A stretch of 64,000 bases of DNA from Ascidiella aspersa (Eukaryota). Every line of letters starts with the position of its first letter. Within the stretch, counting starts at the first letter, position 1. The notes under the pieces are model-generated. The model did not search any database and had not been told where the DNA came from. It saw nothing but the letters and a program-made list of their open reading frames with translations. Both the position numbers and the translations under genes were made by a program. Positions 63,816 through 64,000 of the stretch are shown here, piece by piece. The stretch lies in NCBI GenBank assembly GCA_963924565.1, contig OZ004609.1:25420001-25484000 (forward strand), in the 5' to 3' direction.

Positions 63816-63867
63816 TCAATGTTTACAAATAAACAACTAATGTAAATTAGACGTAAATGGTGTAGGG

Positions 63868-64000
63868 CAGTGCTCTTCAACCTTTTTTGGTTTGGTGAAC
63901 CCTTAAAGTTGTTCTAAAGAAGTCATGCACCCTGTTTAATTGAAAGTTAAACTGATGTTAAAAAAAGCGATAGGAAAAATCATTATGCATATCAATACAA
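63868..64000. mobile_element. Left end of hAT-type MITE
   Basis: CAGTGCTCTTCAACCTTTTTTGG...GAACCCTT, like the other element ends; truncated by the window. Confidence 0.5.

Overview
AT-rich, intron-rich eukaryotic DNA, most likely an ascidian tunicate (inferred from vanabin-type genes and an operon-like gene junction). I assembled all exon chains by hand from splice signals and reading-frame continuity. Left to right: candidate 5' exons of a minus-strand gene leaving the window; an orphan ~100-110 aa single-pass membrane protein (+); a secreted Ly6/uPAR three-finger protein (+); a complete 17-exon cullin-2 (-); an intronless stand-alone WRN-type exonuclease with a Ku-binding motif (-), whose 3' end abuts the CUL2 acceptor like an SL trans-spliced operon; head-to-head with these, a 22-exon SECISBP2L/SBP2 gene (+); a vanabin cluster (-) with one 18-Cys gene, one pseudogene and one divergent 16-Cys gene; and an intronless RPS27 copy (+). 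Introns carry many TIR/TSD-bounded MITEs. Most notable: the vanabin birth-and-death cluster, the WRNexo-CUL2 operon junction, and the divergent pairing of the Sec-insertion factor with the scaffold of the ligase that removes failed-Sec products.
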